IMG/VR virus record: IMGVR_UViG_3300025011_000030
Span: 21,651 to 85,650 of that record
Length of the DNA stretch: 64,000 nucleotides
Source: a virus
Reading direction: 5' to 3' (one strand)
Part shown: positions 46,209 through 55,765 of the stretch, in pieces
Layout of the letters: each line of letters opens with the position of its first letter
Numbering within the stretch: position 1 is the first letter of the stretch
Notes under the pieces: generated by a model
What the model was told of the DNA's origin: nothing
Database searches by the model: none
Seen by the model: only the letters and a program-made list of their open reading frames with translations
Translations under genes and position numbers: made by a program

Positions 46209-46541
46209 TTGGCCGAACTCTATAGCGCAAATAAACTAACCAACGGTGGCGCAGAGACAGGCAACACGACGGGTTGGACAACCTCTGGAGTAGCAGTTGT
46301 TACTGGCGGCACGGAAGGAACCAAATGCTTTAATTTGACCGCTGATGCCGATATGTCTCAAACAGTTAACTCCGGGGGAATACAACCACCGGACGTAAAA
46401 GCATCGTTTACTTTTCTTCCGGAGTTTGAACCTACAGAGGGCGATCCTAAGATATATGCCTGTGTTGCTGTAGAGCATGAGTATGCCGATAACAGTACGG
46501 ACTCGTTTACGGTGCCTTGTCGGTTTGATGCGGGGGTGTAG
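46209..46541 (+). CDS. Carbohydrate-binding-module-like tail protein (N-part)
   Basis: LTNGGAETGNTTGW. Confidence 0.5.
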   Translation: MAELYSANKLTNGGAETGNTTGWTTSGVAVVTGGTEGTKCFNLTADADMSQTVNSGGIQPPDVKASFTFLPEFEPTEGDPKIYACVAVEHEYADNSTDSFTVPCRFDAGV

Positions 46542-46544
46542 GGT

Positions 46545-47090
46545 GTGATATGGGTATCAGGCGAACTAAATAACCTGCAAATAGAATGGCTGGCGATCGA
46601 AGCCGTATGCCCTGTAAGCGACAGCAAAGAACTTCTCAGCACTAAAATAAAAGCCGTCACCAAGGATTTAACGGGCGGCGGGTATTTTGACGATTTTCAA
46701 ATTCGCCTTAATTTAACAAATGAAAAACTAACCGGCAGTGAAAAGATATTCCTGCCTATTGAGGAATCGGCGGGAGACATTGAATTGCCTGTTTTCGGGG
46801 CTGTGGTTGATGCTCAAATTATCGCGGCACATATTGTACCTAAATCGACAATTACAGGTAATACAGGCAGTCCTATGACGCTGGAACTGGTTAACAAGAA
46901 TACAGGAGATACTATCTGCACTAAAACATTTATTACAGGCACAGACGCAACAGCTTATGAAGTAACAGACTTCGGTCCCGTAGATGCGGGTGCAGGGGAG
47001 ATAGATTTCGGGTACGGAGTGTCGCTTAGAAAAGCCGGGGGCATGACCTTACCGGAGTGCCTAATCGTAGTGGAATGGGATTTGAGGTGA
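46545..47090 (+). CDS. Tail-tip associated protein
   Basis: Position; GYFDDFQI resembles the end of a CBM. Confidence 0.45.
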   Translation: MIWVSGELNNLQIEWLAIEAVCPVSDSKELLSTKIKAVTKDLTGGGYFDDFQIRLNLTNEKLTGSEKIFLPIEESAGDIELPVFGAVVDAQIIAAHIVPKSTITGNTGSPMTLELVNKNTGDTICTKTFITGTDATAYEVTDFGPVDAGAGEIDFGYGVSLRKAGGMTLPECLIVVEWDLR

Positions 47091-47094
47091 TAAT

Positions 47095-49557
47095 TTGAGT
47101 TGGCCGAAGTATAACCACGACCTAAAAAATACGGGTTTGAGTACCTACAAAGTAGTTGACCCGCCAGTACAAAAACTTTGGGAATTTACGACTGGAGGTG
47201 CTATAAATCAACCTCCCGTAATCGGCCCTGATGGTACAATTTATTTTGGTTCCAGTGATGGCTATCTTTATGCAGTATACCCTATTAGTGGGGTGCAGAA
47301 GTGGCGGTTTCAACTAGGAACCGATTCTCCCGCAGCGGTAATAGGTGCCGATGGAACGATATATACCAGAAACCAAAGCACGATCTACGCATTAAACCCT
47401 AGCGGCACTGTAAAATGGTTTTTTGATAACGTAGGTTATGTGATGCTTGACACTATCCCAATGACCATAACAGCCGACGAAACGTATCTCCTTATTCCTG
47501 TCTATGACAGCGGTCTGGAAGTTGGAAATGTCTGGCGCTTAGACATAGTATCAGATCCAAAGGCGATAAGCATTATCTACCATTGGTACGACAAAGTATT
47601 TACACCAGCAATAGGATCTGACGGAACGGTGTATATAACCAGTGATGAACACGAACTTGCTGCATTAAATCCAGACGGTTCAGCTAAATGGGAATTTCCA
47701 GTACCTTATTACACAACGAATTCTCCAGCGATAGGCCAGGATGGTGCAATTCATTTTGGAGCCGGAACTGTCCTATACGCAATCAACCAAGATGGTACTA
47801 AAAAGTGGGAACTCAATTTATATGTAGGACTTCAAAGTCCGTCTATCGGCCCTGATGGTACTATATATATCGCTAGTTCAAGATACTTACACGCAATTAG
47901 CCCTGACGGTACTCAGAAATGGGAGTATTATTTATCTTGGTCATGGAGAAACCTATCTATTGACTCTGACGGCGTCGTTTATACTATCAGAGGTGAGTCT
48001 GGAATTGCTGTTGAAGCTATCTATCCCCAAGGTACCAGTAAGTGGAGTTTAACCCTTAATGCCGCGATGTCTTACGCTCCAGTGATCGCATCTAATGGTT
48101 TTTTATATGTAGGTTCTGCGAATGGTAAACTGTACGCTATGGGTCCTCCCAGCTTTATAGTCTTAAATTGTAATCCGAGCAGTGGTACACCAATTGGTAC
48201 TGAGCAATCGCTGGAACTTAGCTTTAGCGAATCTATCGACGCAAATACTGTAAATCTGTCTTCTGTCCAGTTGAATAGTTCGTTTAAGTGGACTTACGAC
48301 GATATAGAGAAAAAACTTACATTACTTGGTGCTACCGGTGAGTGGACAGCTAACTCACATTTAACGCTCAGCCTAACTTCTGCACTAAAGGACATATATG
48401 GTAGACCTCTGGCCAATCCTACATCATACGAATGGGATGTTATTGGCTCATCACCGGCGACATATTACGTCAGGACCGATGGGGACGATGCTAACAACGG
48501 CCTGGGACCGGAACAGGAAAACGCTTTTCAGACCATTTCCCACGCAATTAATATAGCAGTAGCTAACGGTGCAAATGGGATAAAAATCTATATAGCCCCT
48601 GGAACATATAGTGAGTATATACAACCTTCCGGTTATCCTCACTACAATAATTTGATTGTCGAAGGCGACACCAGTGGAAAGTTATTTGACTTATCAAGTG
48701 GTTCCGTTATAGCTAATTATATTTATTGTAATCATGGTGGTGGGCAGGATTCGGTTGTTACCTACAAAAACATTATCGTTATCAACTCCGTGTATAGTTC
48801 GGATGATAATGGAGAAAATTGCAGTCTGACTTTAATTAATATAGTTACAAAAAATGGTGGCTTCTATCTAAACTCTGATACAACATATGTTTTAGCGGTT
48901 AACTGTACCTCTTGGAATGGGTTTTTTACAGGCGATGGTGATTTTTATAACTGCATAACTCCTTATGGGTTTTACCCTGGATTGGCTAGAATCTATAATT
49001 GCATGGCTCCAAATGTTTACCCTTCCAGTGGAAGTATAGTAGAGGAACATATATACGAATCACCACAATTTATAGATAGGGCCAGTAATGACTTTCGCTT
49101 AGTTGAGGGTAGTCCTGGTAGGGATAGTGGGGTGGAGGTTGAAAATTATTCGCCCGATATTTACGGAGGTTTACGTATTTCAACACCGGATCGCGGGGCT
49201 GCAGAGGTAGTAGCTCCACTTGTCTCAGACCCACCAATTATTCTAGGCCCGATGCCCATTAGGTGCGCTAAGCCTATGGTGGTGCTACAGGCACCTGTGC
49301 CGGTCGGGAATTGGTTGCTACATTTCAAAATAGAGAGCTTTTCAGATGCGGAGGGAACTATCCCAATAGCAGTAGTAGACAGCAGTATTAACCCTGAGCT
49401 ATTTGAGTACAGCACAGATGGCGGTTTAATATGGACAGCTTTTCCGGAGACTGGTTTACCGCAGGACAAATACGGGGCGTTGGTTAGGGCGAGGTGCGAG
49501 GTAGGCCCAAGACAGCAAGTCTGGTTAAAAGCCAGTGTAGGAGCAGAGGACGCATAA
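47095..49557 (+). CDS. Putative receptor-binding protein: PQQ-like beta-propeller, Ig-like domain and DUF1565/beta-helix region
   Basis: Repeated PxIGPDGTIY..LYAINPDG..KW blades; FSESID; YYVRTDGDDANNG..FQTISHA. Confidence 0.75.
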   Translation: MSWPKYNHDLKNTGLSTYKVVDPPVQKLWEFTTGGAINQPPVIGPDGTIYFGSSDGYLYAVYPISGVQKWRFQLGTDSPAAVIGADGTIYTRNQSTIYALNPSGTVKWFFDNVGYVMLDTIPMTITADETYLLIPVYDSGLEVGNVWRLDIVSDPKAISIIYHWYDKVFTPAIGSDGTVYITSDEHELAALNPDGSAKWEFPVPYYTTNSPAIGQDGAIHFGAGTVLYAINQDGTKKWELNLYVGLQSPSIGPDGTIYIASSRYLHAISPDGTQKWEYYLSWSWRNLSIDSDGVVYTIRGESGIAVEAIYPQGTSKWSLTLNAAMSYAPVIASNGFLYVGSANGKLYAMGPPSFIVLNCNPSSGTPIGTEQSLELSFSESIDANTVNLSSVQLNSSFKWTYDDIEKKLTLLGATGEWTANSHLTLSLTSALKDIYGRPLANPTSYEWDVIGSSPATYYVRTDGDDANNGLGPEQENAFQTISHAINIAVANGANGIKIYIAPGTYSEYIQPSGYPHYNNLIVEGDTSGKLFDLSSGSVIANYIYCNHGGGQDSVVTYKNIIVINSVYSSDDNGENCSLTLINIVTKNGGFYLNSDTTYVLAVNCTSWNGFFTGDGDFYNCITPYGFYPGLARIYNCMAPNVYPSSGSIVEEHIYESPQFIDRASNDFRLVEGSPGRDSGVEVENYSPDIYGGLRISTPDRGAAEVVAPLVSDPPIILGPMPIRCAKPMVVLQAPVPVGNWLLHFKIESFSDAEGTIPIAVVDSSINPELFEYSTDGGLIWTAFPETGLPQDKYGALVRARCEVGPRQQVWLKASVGAEDA

Positions 49558-49612
49558 TGTACTTCCGAACGAACAGGGATTATTTTATTCTGGTTACCGA
49601 GGGGTGAGGTGA

Positions 49613-49813
49613 GTGGAAACTGAAGCTTTAAAAATGGCATCAAGTCAAGGTTTTTTCGCGTTTCTTTTTGTTTGTCTACTTTTTTATGTCCTAAAAGAAA
49701 ACGCAAGGCGCGAGTCACAATATCAAAAGACAATTGATACACTAGCACAAAAATTTGATATTGTCGATAAAATTGAGAAAGATGTGGTGGAAATTAAGAC
49801 TCATGTAATGTAG
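49613..49813 (+). CDS. BhlA/UviB-family holin-like protein
   Basis: SQGFFAFLFVCLLFYVLKENARRE..YQKTIDTL. Confidence 0.85.
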   Translation: METEALKMASSQGFFAFLFVCLLFYVLKENARRESQYQKTIDTLAQKFDIVDKIEKDVVEIKTHVM

Positions 49814-49828
49814 AAGGGAGTAAAATCA

Positions 49829-50041
49829 ATGAAAACGGAGTTCACTAAGATGGATTGGTTTCTTGCTATTTGCATGGCCCTCTGTTTACTGGTCTATTTG
49901 TATAGCTGTGTAAACGGTGAACCGGCCGAACAGGTTAAGGATTTGATGCAGTATTTTGGGATTGGTTTAGGGTTGACTGCTGGCAAGACAGTCGTCAACA
50001 ATATTGTCACCAGTAGTAAGGAGGACGATAAAAATGTATGA
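49829..50041 (+). CDS. Second small membrane protein (putative holin)
   Basis: Two TM segments; upstream of the endolysin. Confidence 0.55.
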   Translation: MKTEFTKMDWFLAICMALCLLVYLYSCVNGEPAEQVKDLMQYFGIGLGLTAGKTVVNNIVTSSKEDDKNV

Positions 50042-50801
50042 CGGTACTTTTGATCCCGGTCACGGTGGAAGAGACCCTGGAGCAATTGGTAAGGGTAAAA
50101 CTAAAGAGGCTGCCATTAATTTAATTACGGCCCGAAAGGTAAGGGATTTACTATTACCTGTGATGACTATTAAATTAACCCGAAATGACGATATTCATTT
50201 AGGCAATAATCCCAACGAAGATTTGAAGGCCAGGGTTGACATTGCCAACCGAAATAATTCTGATATATTCGTATCATTCCATTGTAACAGTAACGTAAAT
50301 GCTTCGGCGCACGGTGCCGAGGTTTACACCACTAGAGGTGAGACAAAAGCAGACCCACTTGCCACAGCTATTATTAACCGAATGGAATTAGCGTTTCCTG
50401 AATTAACATTCAGGAAGGATTTCGCTGATGGAGATCCGGATAAAGAAGCCGGGTTCTACGTCATTAAAAATACCAAAATGCCGGCAGTACTAATTGAGTT
50501 GGCTTTTATATCAAACCCAACGGAAGAAGCCTTGTTAAATAACACTCAATTTCAGGATAGAGCGGCACGGGCTATAGCTGACGGTATTTGCGACTATTTG
50601 GGGATTAAACTACCTGTATCACCGTCAACTAAGGAAAAGGTAACTCTTAACGATGTTAACGTTATTGTTTTTGGAAAACAGTTAAAAGGTTTTTTATTTA
50701 ACGATCATGCATATGTGCAGGTTACGGAGTTAGCCAATGCTGTAGGTGTTACTGAGCCGGTTATTTGGAAACCTGAAATCAATACTGTCGTTATAGGGTA
50801 G
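50034..50801 (+). CDS. Endolysin, N-acetylmuramoyl-L-alanine amidase (Amidase_3)
   Basis: DPGHGG.DPGA, SFHCN, PAVLIELAFISN. Confidence 0.93.
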   Translation: MYDGTFDPGHGGRDPGAIGKGKTKEAAINLITARKVRDLLLPVMTIKLTRNDDIHLGNNPNEDLKARVDIANRNNSDIFVSFHCNSNVNASAHGAEVYTTRGETKADPLATAIINRMELAFPELTFRKDFADGDPDKEAGFYVIKNTKMPAVLIELAFISNPTEEALLNNTQFQDRAARAIADGICDYLGIKLPVSPSTKEKVTLNDVNVIVFGKQLKGFLFNDHAYVQVTELANAVGVTEPVIWKPEINTVVIG

Positions 50802-50812
50802 TCGTTCAACGA

Positions 50813-50995
50813 GTGGAGGTTATTTTAATGCCTGACCGTTCATGCCCCTGGTGGGCGGTGAAGTTAGACTATTATAAGTATATCACGTATAACAAAGTAC
50901 CCATAAGAAACTGTGGTAACTGTAGGTGGTATGATAATAGTCCTTATAAATGTTGCTGTCATCCTTTTATTGAACAACTACGAAGAACAAATTAA
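50813..50995 (+). CDS. Small Cys-rich hypothetical protein
   Basis: GGAGG RBS (start probably at the internal ATG); NCGNCRW. Confidence 0.45.
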   Translation: MEVILMPDRSCPWWAVKLDYYKYITYNKVPIRNCGNCRWYDNSPYKCCCHPFIEQLRRTN

Positions 50996-51108
50996 TCTGA
51001 CTCGTAATACAAAATAGTGTTAATGGACAGACATTATTTAAAATTTACGCGCATATGCTCTTAGTGAGCCTCGGCTCGCTAAGGGTCGGGCATAAAGTCT
51101 GCATTGGT

Positions 51109-51138
51109 AAAAGACCTGTTAACTGCAGGTCTTTTTAC
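51109..51138. terminator. Terminator ending the late operon
   Basis: GTAAAAGACCTG/CAGGTCTTTTTAC inverted repeat. Confidence 0.7.
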
Positions 51139-51237
51139 TGTTTTAAGCGTTAAATTGTTTAAAACTTGTTGACTTTCCTGAGGAAATGGATTATACTATG
51201 TAGTGTAAGTGAATATAAAAACAGGGAGGTCAAGTAA

Positions 51238-51645
51238 ATGCAGATTAGTTTATTTCGTGACGATGTAGGTATGACCTGTGAATATTGCGGGCACCAACAC
51301 ATTAAGAATGTTTACGTGGTTCAAGACGGTGAGGTAACAATGCGAGTGGGTAGTGAATGTGTACTAAAAATTGCTAAGGTTAACGACTACGGTATCAAAG
51401 TATTAAAGAAACATCGAAATAAAATTCGTTCACTCGAAATATGGTTAAAACTGTGTAAGGCAAAAGACTACGATAAAATCAGTAAAAAATACTATAACGG
51501 CACTACAGGTGGTATGACAGACGAACAATTTAAAGCTCACATGGAGTGGTTAGCTACTGAGCGACTACCATTGAGTATTAAAAATGAGCTAAAAGAAATT
51601 AACAAACAATTTAAGGAAATTAAAATTAGAACTAAAAAAGCTTAA
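51238..51645 (+). CDS. Hypothetical early protein with CxxCG..GSEC motif
   Basis: TTGACT..TATACT promoter and GGAGGTCAA RBS. Confidence 0.65.
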   Translation: MQISLFRDDVGMTCEYCGHQHIKNVYVVQDGEVTMRVGSECVLKIAKVNDYGIKVLKKHRNKIRSLEIWLKLCKAKDYDKISKKYYNGTTGGMTDEQFKAHMEWLATERLPLSIKNELKEINKQFKEIKIRTKKA

Positions 51646-51773
51646 TTTGTAACAGCCCACTAATAATGTGGGCTTTTTTATTCTTTGTATTACCGTTAAA
51701 TATTACCTGTAATACCGGCTCTAAAATCTACATATACTCAAAAGTAACTTCAAAACAAAAGGAGGTCAACATT

Positions 51774-52121
51774 ATGGCCGGCATGAAAGAAAAGCTGACA
51801 GTTGTGTCTATACGATTGTATCCTAGTCAAGTTGTTTGGGTAAAAGAACGGTCTGAATTAAGTAGTTACGTTAGGGAGTTAATTGAACAGGAAATCACCA
51901 GTTTTTGCACTAAACCAGAACCTAATAAAACTCTAATACCTGTAGTGCCGAAAGTTAAAACTGTTAAGACCGTATATAAGGTGATGGATGAAATATGTCA
52001 TCTTCCGGCACTATTCAACAATCAGCTACCAACCGAACCAGCTACTCCAGTTGAACCCGCTATACCCAAAAAAGCTGTTTGGGTATTTCCTGAACCTATT
52101 AAACCAAAGGAGGTCGGTTAA
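51774..52121 (+). CDS. Ribbon-helix-helix-like DNA-binding protein with Pro-rich tail
   Basis: VVSIRL....LSSYVRELIEQEI. Confidence 0.55.
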   Translation: MAGMKEKLTVVSIRLYPSQVVWVKERSELSSYVRELIEQEITSFCTKPEPNKTLIPVVPKVKTVKTVYKVMDEICHLPALFNNQLPTEPATPVEPAIPKKAVWVFPEPIKPKEVG

Positions 52122-52388
52122 ATGTTTGTTGAGTTTTCACTTGTTCAAACTGTTCAGAATATTGCATGGTTAACTGGAGTTATATTGTCTGGGTACGGTA
52201 TAGCCGAATTATTGATTTCAGGGTTAGAGAGTTATATAAAGAGTCGGTAAGTTATTTCATAAATGACCAAACTACCAACCCAAAGCCTATAACGATTTTA
52301 ATTCCAGCAGCTAATGGAGGCATCTACTTCACCTTCCTTATTTTTTTTGTTATTGTATAGTATTAACCAAGAAAGGGTGATTATATAC

Positions 52389-52697
52389 GTGACGAAATTT
52401 AAAAAATTTAACTCTTTTTTATTAGCTATTTATTATACACTTCTTCCGTATACTGTTCAGGCGTCAGCCGGTTTAGATGGAGCTTCACGGCTAATTGATA
52501 AGCTCCAATCGGCTGCCCTGTGGTTTGGTTTAGCTTTAGGTATTTGGGGAATATATGAATGGATGATGGGCTCGCCGGGTGGGTTAGATAGGTTCAAACG
52601 GGCCGTACTTGGCTATGTTGCCATACTGTTGATGCCGTTATTGTTTTTTGAGCTTCGGGACTCGTTTAGTATAAAAACATTTCGCGGTAATAAGTAG
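52389..52697 (+). CDS. TrbC/VirB2-like pilin
   Basis: Signal peptide (VQA/S), two TM helices separated by a basic loop. Confidence 0.55.
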   Translation: MTKFKKFNSFLLAIYYTLLPYTVQASAGLDGASRLIDKLQSAALWFGLALGIWGIYEWMMGSPGGLDRFKRAVLGYVAILLMPLLFFELRDSFSIKTFRGNK

Positions 52698-52705
52698 GTG
52701 ATAAC

Positions 52706-53008
52706 ATGTTTAAAGGGCTATTTGAAAAGGTAAATACGTGGTTTACGGGCAAGGTAGACGCAGCCGTTAACAATGCTGTAAACAAAACAAGTCAGGCCGT
52801 TACTGACAAAGCTGCTGAGATAGCTACGAGTAAGGTTGAGACTTTGTGGGATTGGGTTGTTCATTTTGTCGTGACCGGAGAATCGGTTCTAACCATTATC
52901 ACGATTGTATTCATACTTTTATGGATGTTGGGTATGGATAGATTTGGTATGTATGCAAAATGGCTTTTCGGTATTTACTTCCTAATTTGGGTGGTGATAT
53001 CAGCTTGA
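52706..53008 (+). CDS. Small membrane protein
   Basis: Two C-terminal TM helices. Confidence 0.65.
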   Translation: MFKGLFEKVNTWFTGKVDAAVNNAVNKTSQAVTDKAAEIATSKVETLWDWVVHFVVTGESVLTIITIVFILLWMLGMDRFGMYAKWLFGIYFLIWVVISA

Positions 53009-55665
53009 TTAAGTCGAAGTTAATTTCAACAACAAAAAAGTTTTTCAACCTTGTTTCCGACGACTACATTATCTACCAACTCAAACCAGATACTTCGGTG
53101 CGTAACCAGCGCACTGAAGATATCACAAAGATAGTTGCCGGCCTATTTAAAATTCCAAATCAACGTATTAAAATCAAACCTTTTAAATTTTTCAAAAAAG
53201 GTCACTCCTTTATAACGGTACAGCGACAAGATCAAATATCCTTTAAAGCCGTATTTACCCAAGGTTCTATTACTTTTTATTTGGTAATACCTAAGGATAA
53301 AAAGAACGAAATAATTCGTAAATGTGAGGCTATTTGGCCACATGCGACTATACTGCCCGTGACGACTGACGTATTACCTACTTTTGAACTAACTAAAACC
53401 ATGGCTGCGAGTATGTATTATCGCAAACACGATATATTTTCTATGATTTGCGATAACCGGGATAACTTACCGTTACCTTCGTTACTAACCAGTATACGGG
53501 ATTTAGAAGTTGAAACGGATAAGGCCGTTTTAGATGTACTGTTTATACCTACCAACCGAAGAGACTGGCAACGTAAAGCTGAAGGTGCTCTGACTAAATT
53601 AGAAAAAGGAACCATACCCACTAGAACAGGGCAGCAATTACCTGAAAAACTATTTGAAATAGTTAATTCAATTATGAACAGCATTCGTTACGGGTTACTT
53701 GATTTGACTGCCATGAGTAACGAGGATAAAAAGGCTATTCAACAAATGAAAGCAGAAGAAACTCGTTGGTCGGAAGGTCGTAAACTGTATGACGAAATGT
53801 TACCTGAATCAAAGAAAAAAGTTGGCGAGGATGTTTTAAATACGTGGGTAAGAGTTGCAGCACAAAGCAATGACCCTTTGAAGGCCCAACGCATAGTTCG
53901 TACGATGGTTAACGCTTGGAAAGATATTGCCGGAGATAACGAGTTTGACCGTCAGGATATTCCTCGTCGTTATGTATTGAAATTCTTGGCTCAAATAACA
54001 CATAATCAACCGACTCCGGGAAAACGATTGTGCAACGTACTTAGTGTAAAGGAAGCTAGTAAGTTGATTCAGTTACCTGGTTACGAGCTACAGCAGCAAT
54101 TCCCGGAAATTCAGGCCATACGAGTCAAAGAAGTAACTATCCCTAACGAACTGTTCGTAGATAAAGGTATTCGCATTGGGTACGTGACTGAAAAGGGTAG
54201 TACTAAGTTGGTTCGCATACCTGTTACACCGAATTCCAGTATATCAACGAGTGCTATTTACGACGCCTTATGTACACATAGCTTCGGTCAAGGTAAACAA
54301 GGTACAGGAAAAACCGAGGGTTTCGGTTCTACTTGGTGCCACGACATGGTAGTAAACGGCTTTACAGCTATTATAATTGATACAGCCGACGGTCAAATGA
54401 TTCGTGATTTTGAAGACAGTTTACCTGAGGACTTTCCAGAACAGAAAATCATTCATCTTAACTGCGATAACAAATCGTACCCAGTATCTTTAAATTGGAG
54501 TGACGTATTGGGCAGGGAGTTTAAGTGCACAAAAGGTGACCAAGAGCTACAAGCTGTAGAAATTCAAGAACGTATTACAGCCCGTTTTATTGAGTTTATC
54601 AACGGCGAAGCTACTACCGAATTTTCGGATCTAATGCGACAGTTCTTAGTTAGTGCCACAAAGGCAGCAACTACTCGAAAAAACTGGTCGTTTCAGGATA
54701 TTGATTTAGTACTTGTATCCCCGTCTTTTAGAGAGGAACTATTAAACAGTGCTAAGATACAGAATATGCCGGAAGTAGCCGAGGACTTGAAAAGGTTACA
54801 GGTCATGGCCGAAAAAGGTAGTGCGAGTAACACCGTTGATGGTATTATTTCTAGAATACGGATGTTAAGTAACAACAAGCTATTGGCGAACATGTTTTAT
54901 CAGCCGGCAAAACTCAACTCACGAGGAAAACCTATTCTCGATTTTAGAAAATACATGGACAATAAGCCCACAGGTGACCCTGCTTTCGATAAGTACGGTT
55001 ATGTCGTAACTATTCAAGCTAGTTACGATGCGTGGCAAGAAAATCAACCTCTTATATTAGGTTTCTTTGAAGATAAAATTAACTTCAATGTATTCAGTCG
55101 TATTGAGCTAGAACAAAAAGACAGAGTTCCGGTCATTAAATGGATTGATGAGCCACATAAAGTTATTAACTCGGTAGCCAAATACTATAAGGGAAGTAAC
55201 GTAGAGTTCCGGAAGTATAGGTGCAAGAATTTATTCACCGGGCACAGTATTGAACAAATGGGAGATGCAGCCAACAGCTTACTTGACGGCGGAGCTCAAA
55301 TAACCAGTTATAAAACAGAACGTTTAAGTGAACTTGAAAGGTTTGCTCACTTGTTTGACCCGTACACCGACGCTAAAGAGCTATACGCCGGACTTCCAGA
55401 TAAATGGGTAGCTGTTAATAAAGTAAGGTTACCGAGCGGAGCTAACTGCCCAGCATTTATAGCTAGGATGATGCCACCACCGAAAAAAGTTAAAGACCGT
55501 TCCTCACGTCGGGAAGACTGTTCTAAGCAGTTTGGTCGACCTTGGAAAGAGGTAACTAAGGAGATACTCGATCGTAAACTACATTATCAAAAATTGGACG
55601 CCCAATGGTATGAACAAAAAGCTGAGGAAAAAGAAGCTGAAAAACAAGCTAAAAAAGCCAAGTAG
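53005..55665 (+). CDS. Large VirB4/TraG/HerA-FtsK-superfamily ATPase
   Basis: Walker A GKQGTGKT, AIIIDTADG, Walker B WIDEPH, EFRKYR. Confidence 0.7.
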   Translation: MIKSKLISTTKKFFNLVSDDYIIYQLKPDTSVRNQRTEDITKIVAGLFKIPNQRIKIKPFKFFKKGHSFITVQRQDQISFKAVFTQGSITFYLVIPKDKKNEIIRKCEAIWPHATILPVTTDVLPTFELTKTMAASMYYRKHDIFSMICDNRDNLPLPSLLTSIRDLEVETDKAVLDVLFIPTNRRDWQRKAEGALTKLEKGTIPTRTGQQLPEKLFEIVNSIMNSIRYGLLDLTAMSNEDKKAIQQMKAEETRWSEGRKLYDEMLPESKKKVGEDVLNTWVRVAAQSNDPLKAQRIVRTMVNAWKDIAGDNEFDRQDIPRRYVLKFLAQITHNQPTPGKRLCNVLSVKEASKLIQLPGYELQQQFPEIQAIRVKEVTIPNELFVDKGIRIGYVTEKGSTKLVRIPVTPNSSISTSAIYDALCTHSFGQGKQGTGKTEGFGSTWCHDMVVNGFTAIIIDTADGQMIRDFEDSLPEDFPEQKIIHLNCDNKSYPVSLNWSDVLGREFKCTKGDQELQAVEIQERITARFIEFINGEATTEFSDLMRQFLVSATKAATTRKNWSFQDIDLVLVSPSFREELLNSAKIQNMPEVAEDLKRLQVMAEKGSASNTVDGIISRIRMLSNNKLLANMFYQPAKLNSRGKPILDFRKYMDNKPTGDPAFDKYGYVVTIQASYDAWQENQPLILGFFEDKINFNVFSRIELEQKDRVPVIKWIDEPHKVINSVAKYYKGSNVEFRKYRCKNLFTGHSIEQMGDAANSLLDGGAQITSYKTERLSELERFAHLFDPYTDAKELYAGLPDKWVAVNKVRLPSGANCPAFIARMMPPPKKVKDRSSRREDCSKQFGRPWKEVTKEILDRKLHYQKLDAQWYEQKAEEKEAEKQAKKAK

Positions 55666-55701
55666 TTTTTAATAACTTAAAAATTTTCTTTTAGAAACCT
55701 C

Positions 55702-55730
55702 TTGTCTATACTAAGTTATTATGTTACTAT
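55702..55730 (+). promoter_or_regulatory. Sigma-A promoter
   Basis: TTGTCT-N17-TACTAT with extended TG. Confidence 0.65.
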
Positions 55731-55765
55731 GTTTCTAATTATATTGAACAGGGAGGTTAATTAAT

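Noticed and set aside
51710-51740. Sporulation sigma (SigE/SigK) promoter CATATACT upstream of the RHH gene
   Set aside because: The -35 element and spacing are ambiguous; too weak to call from sequence alone
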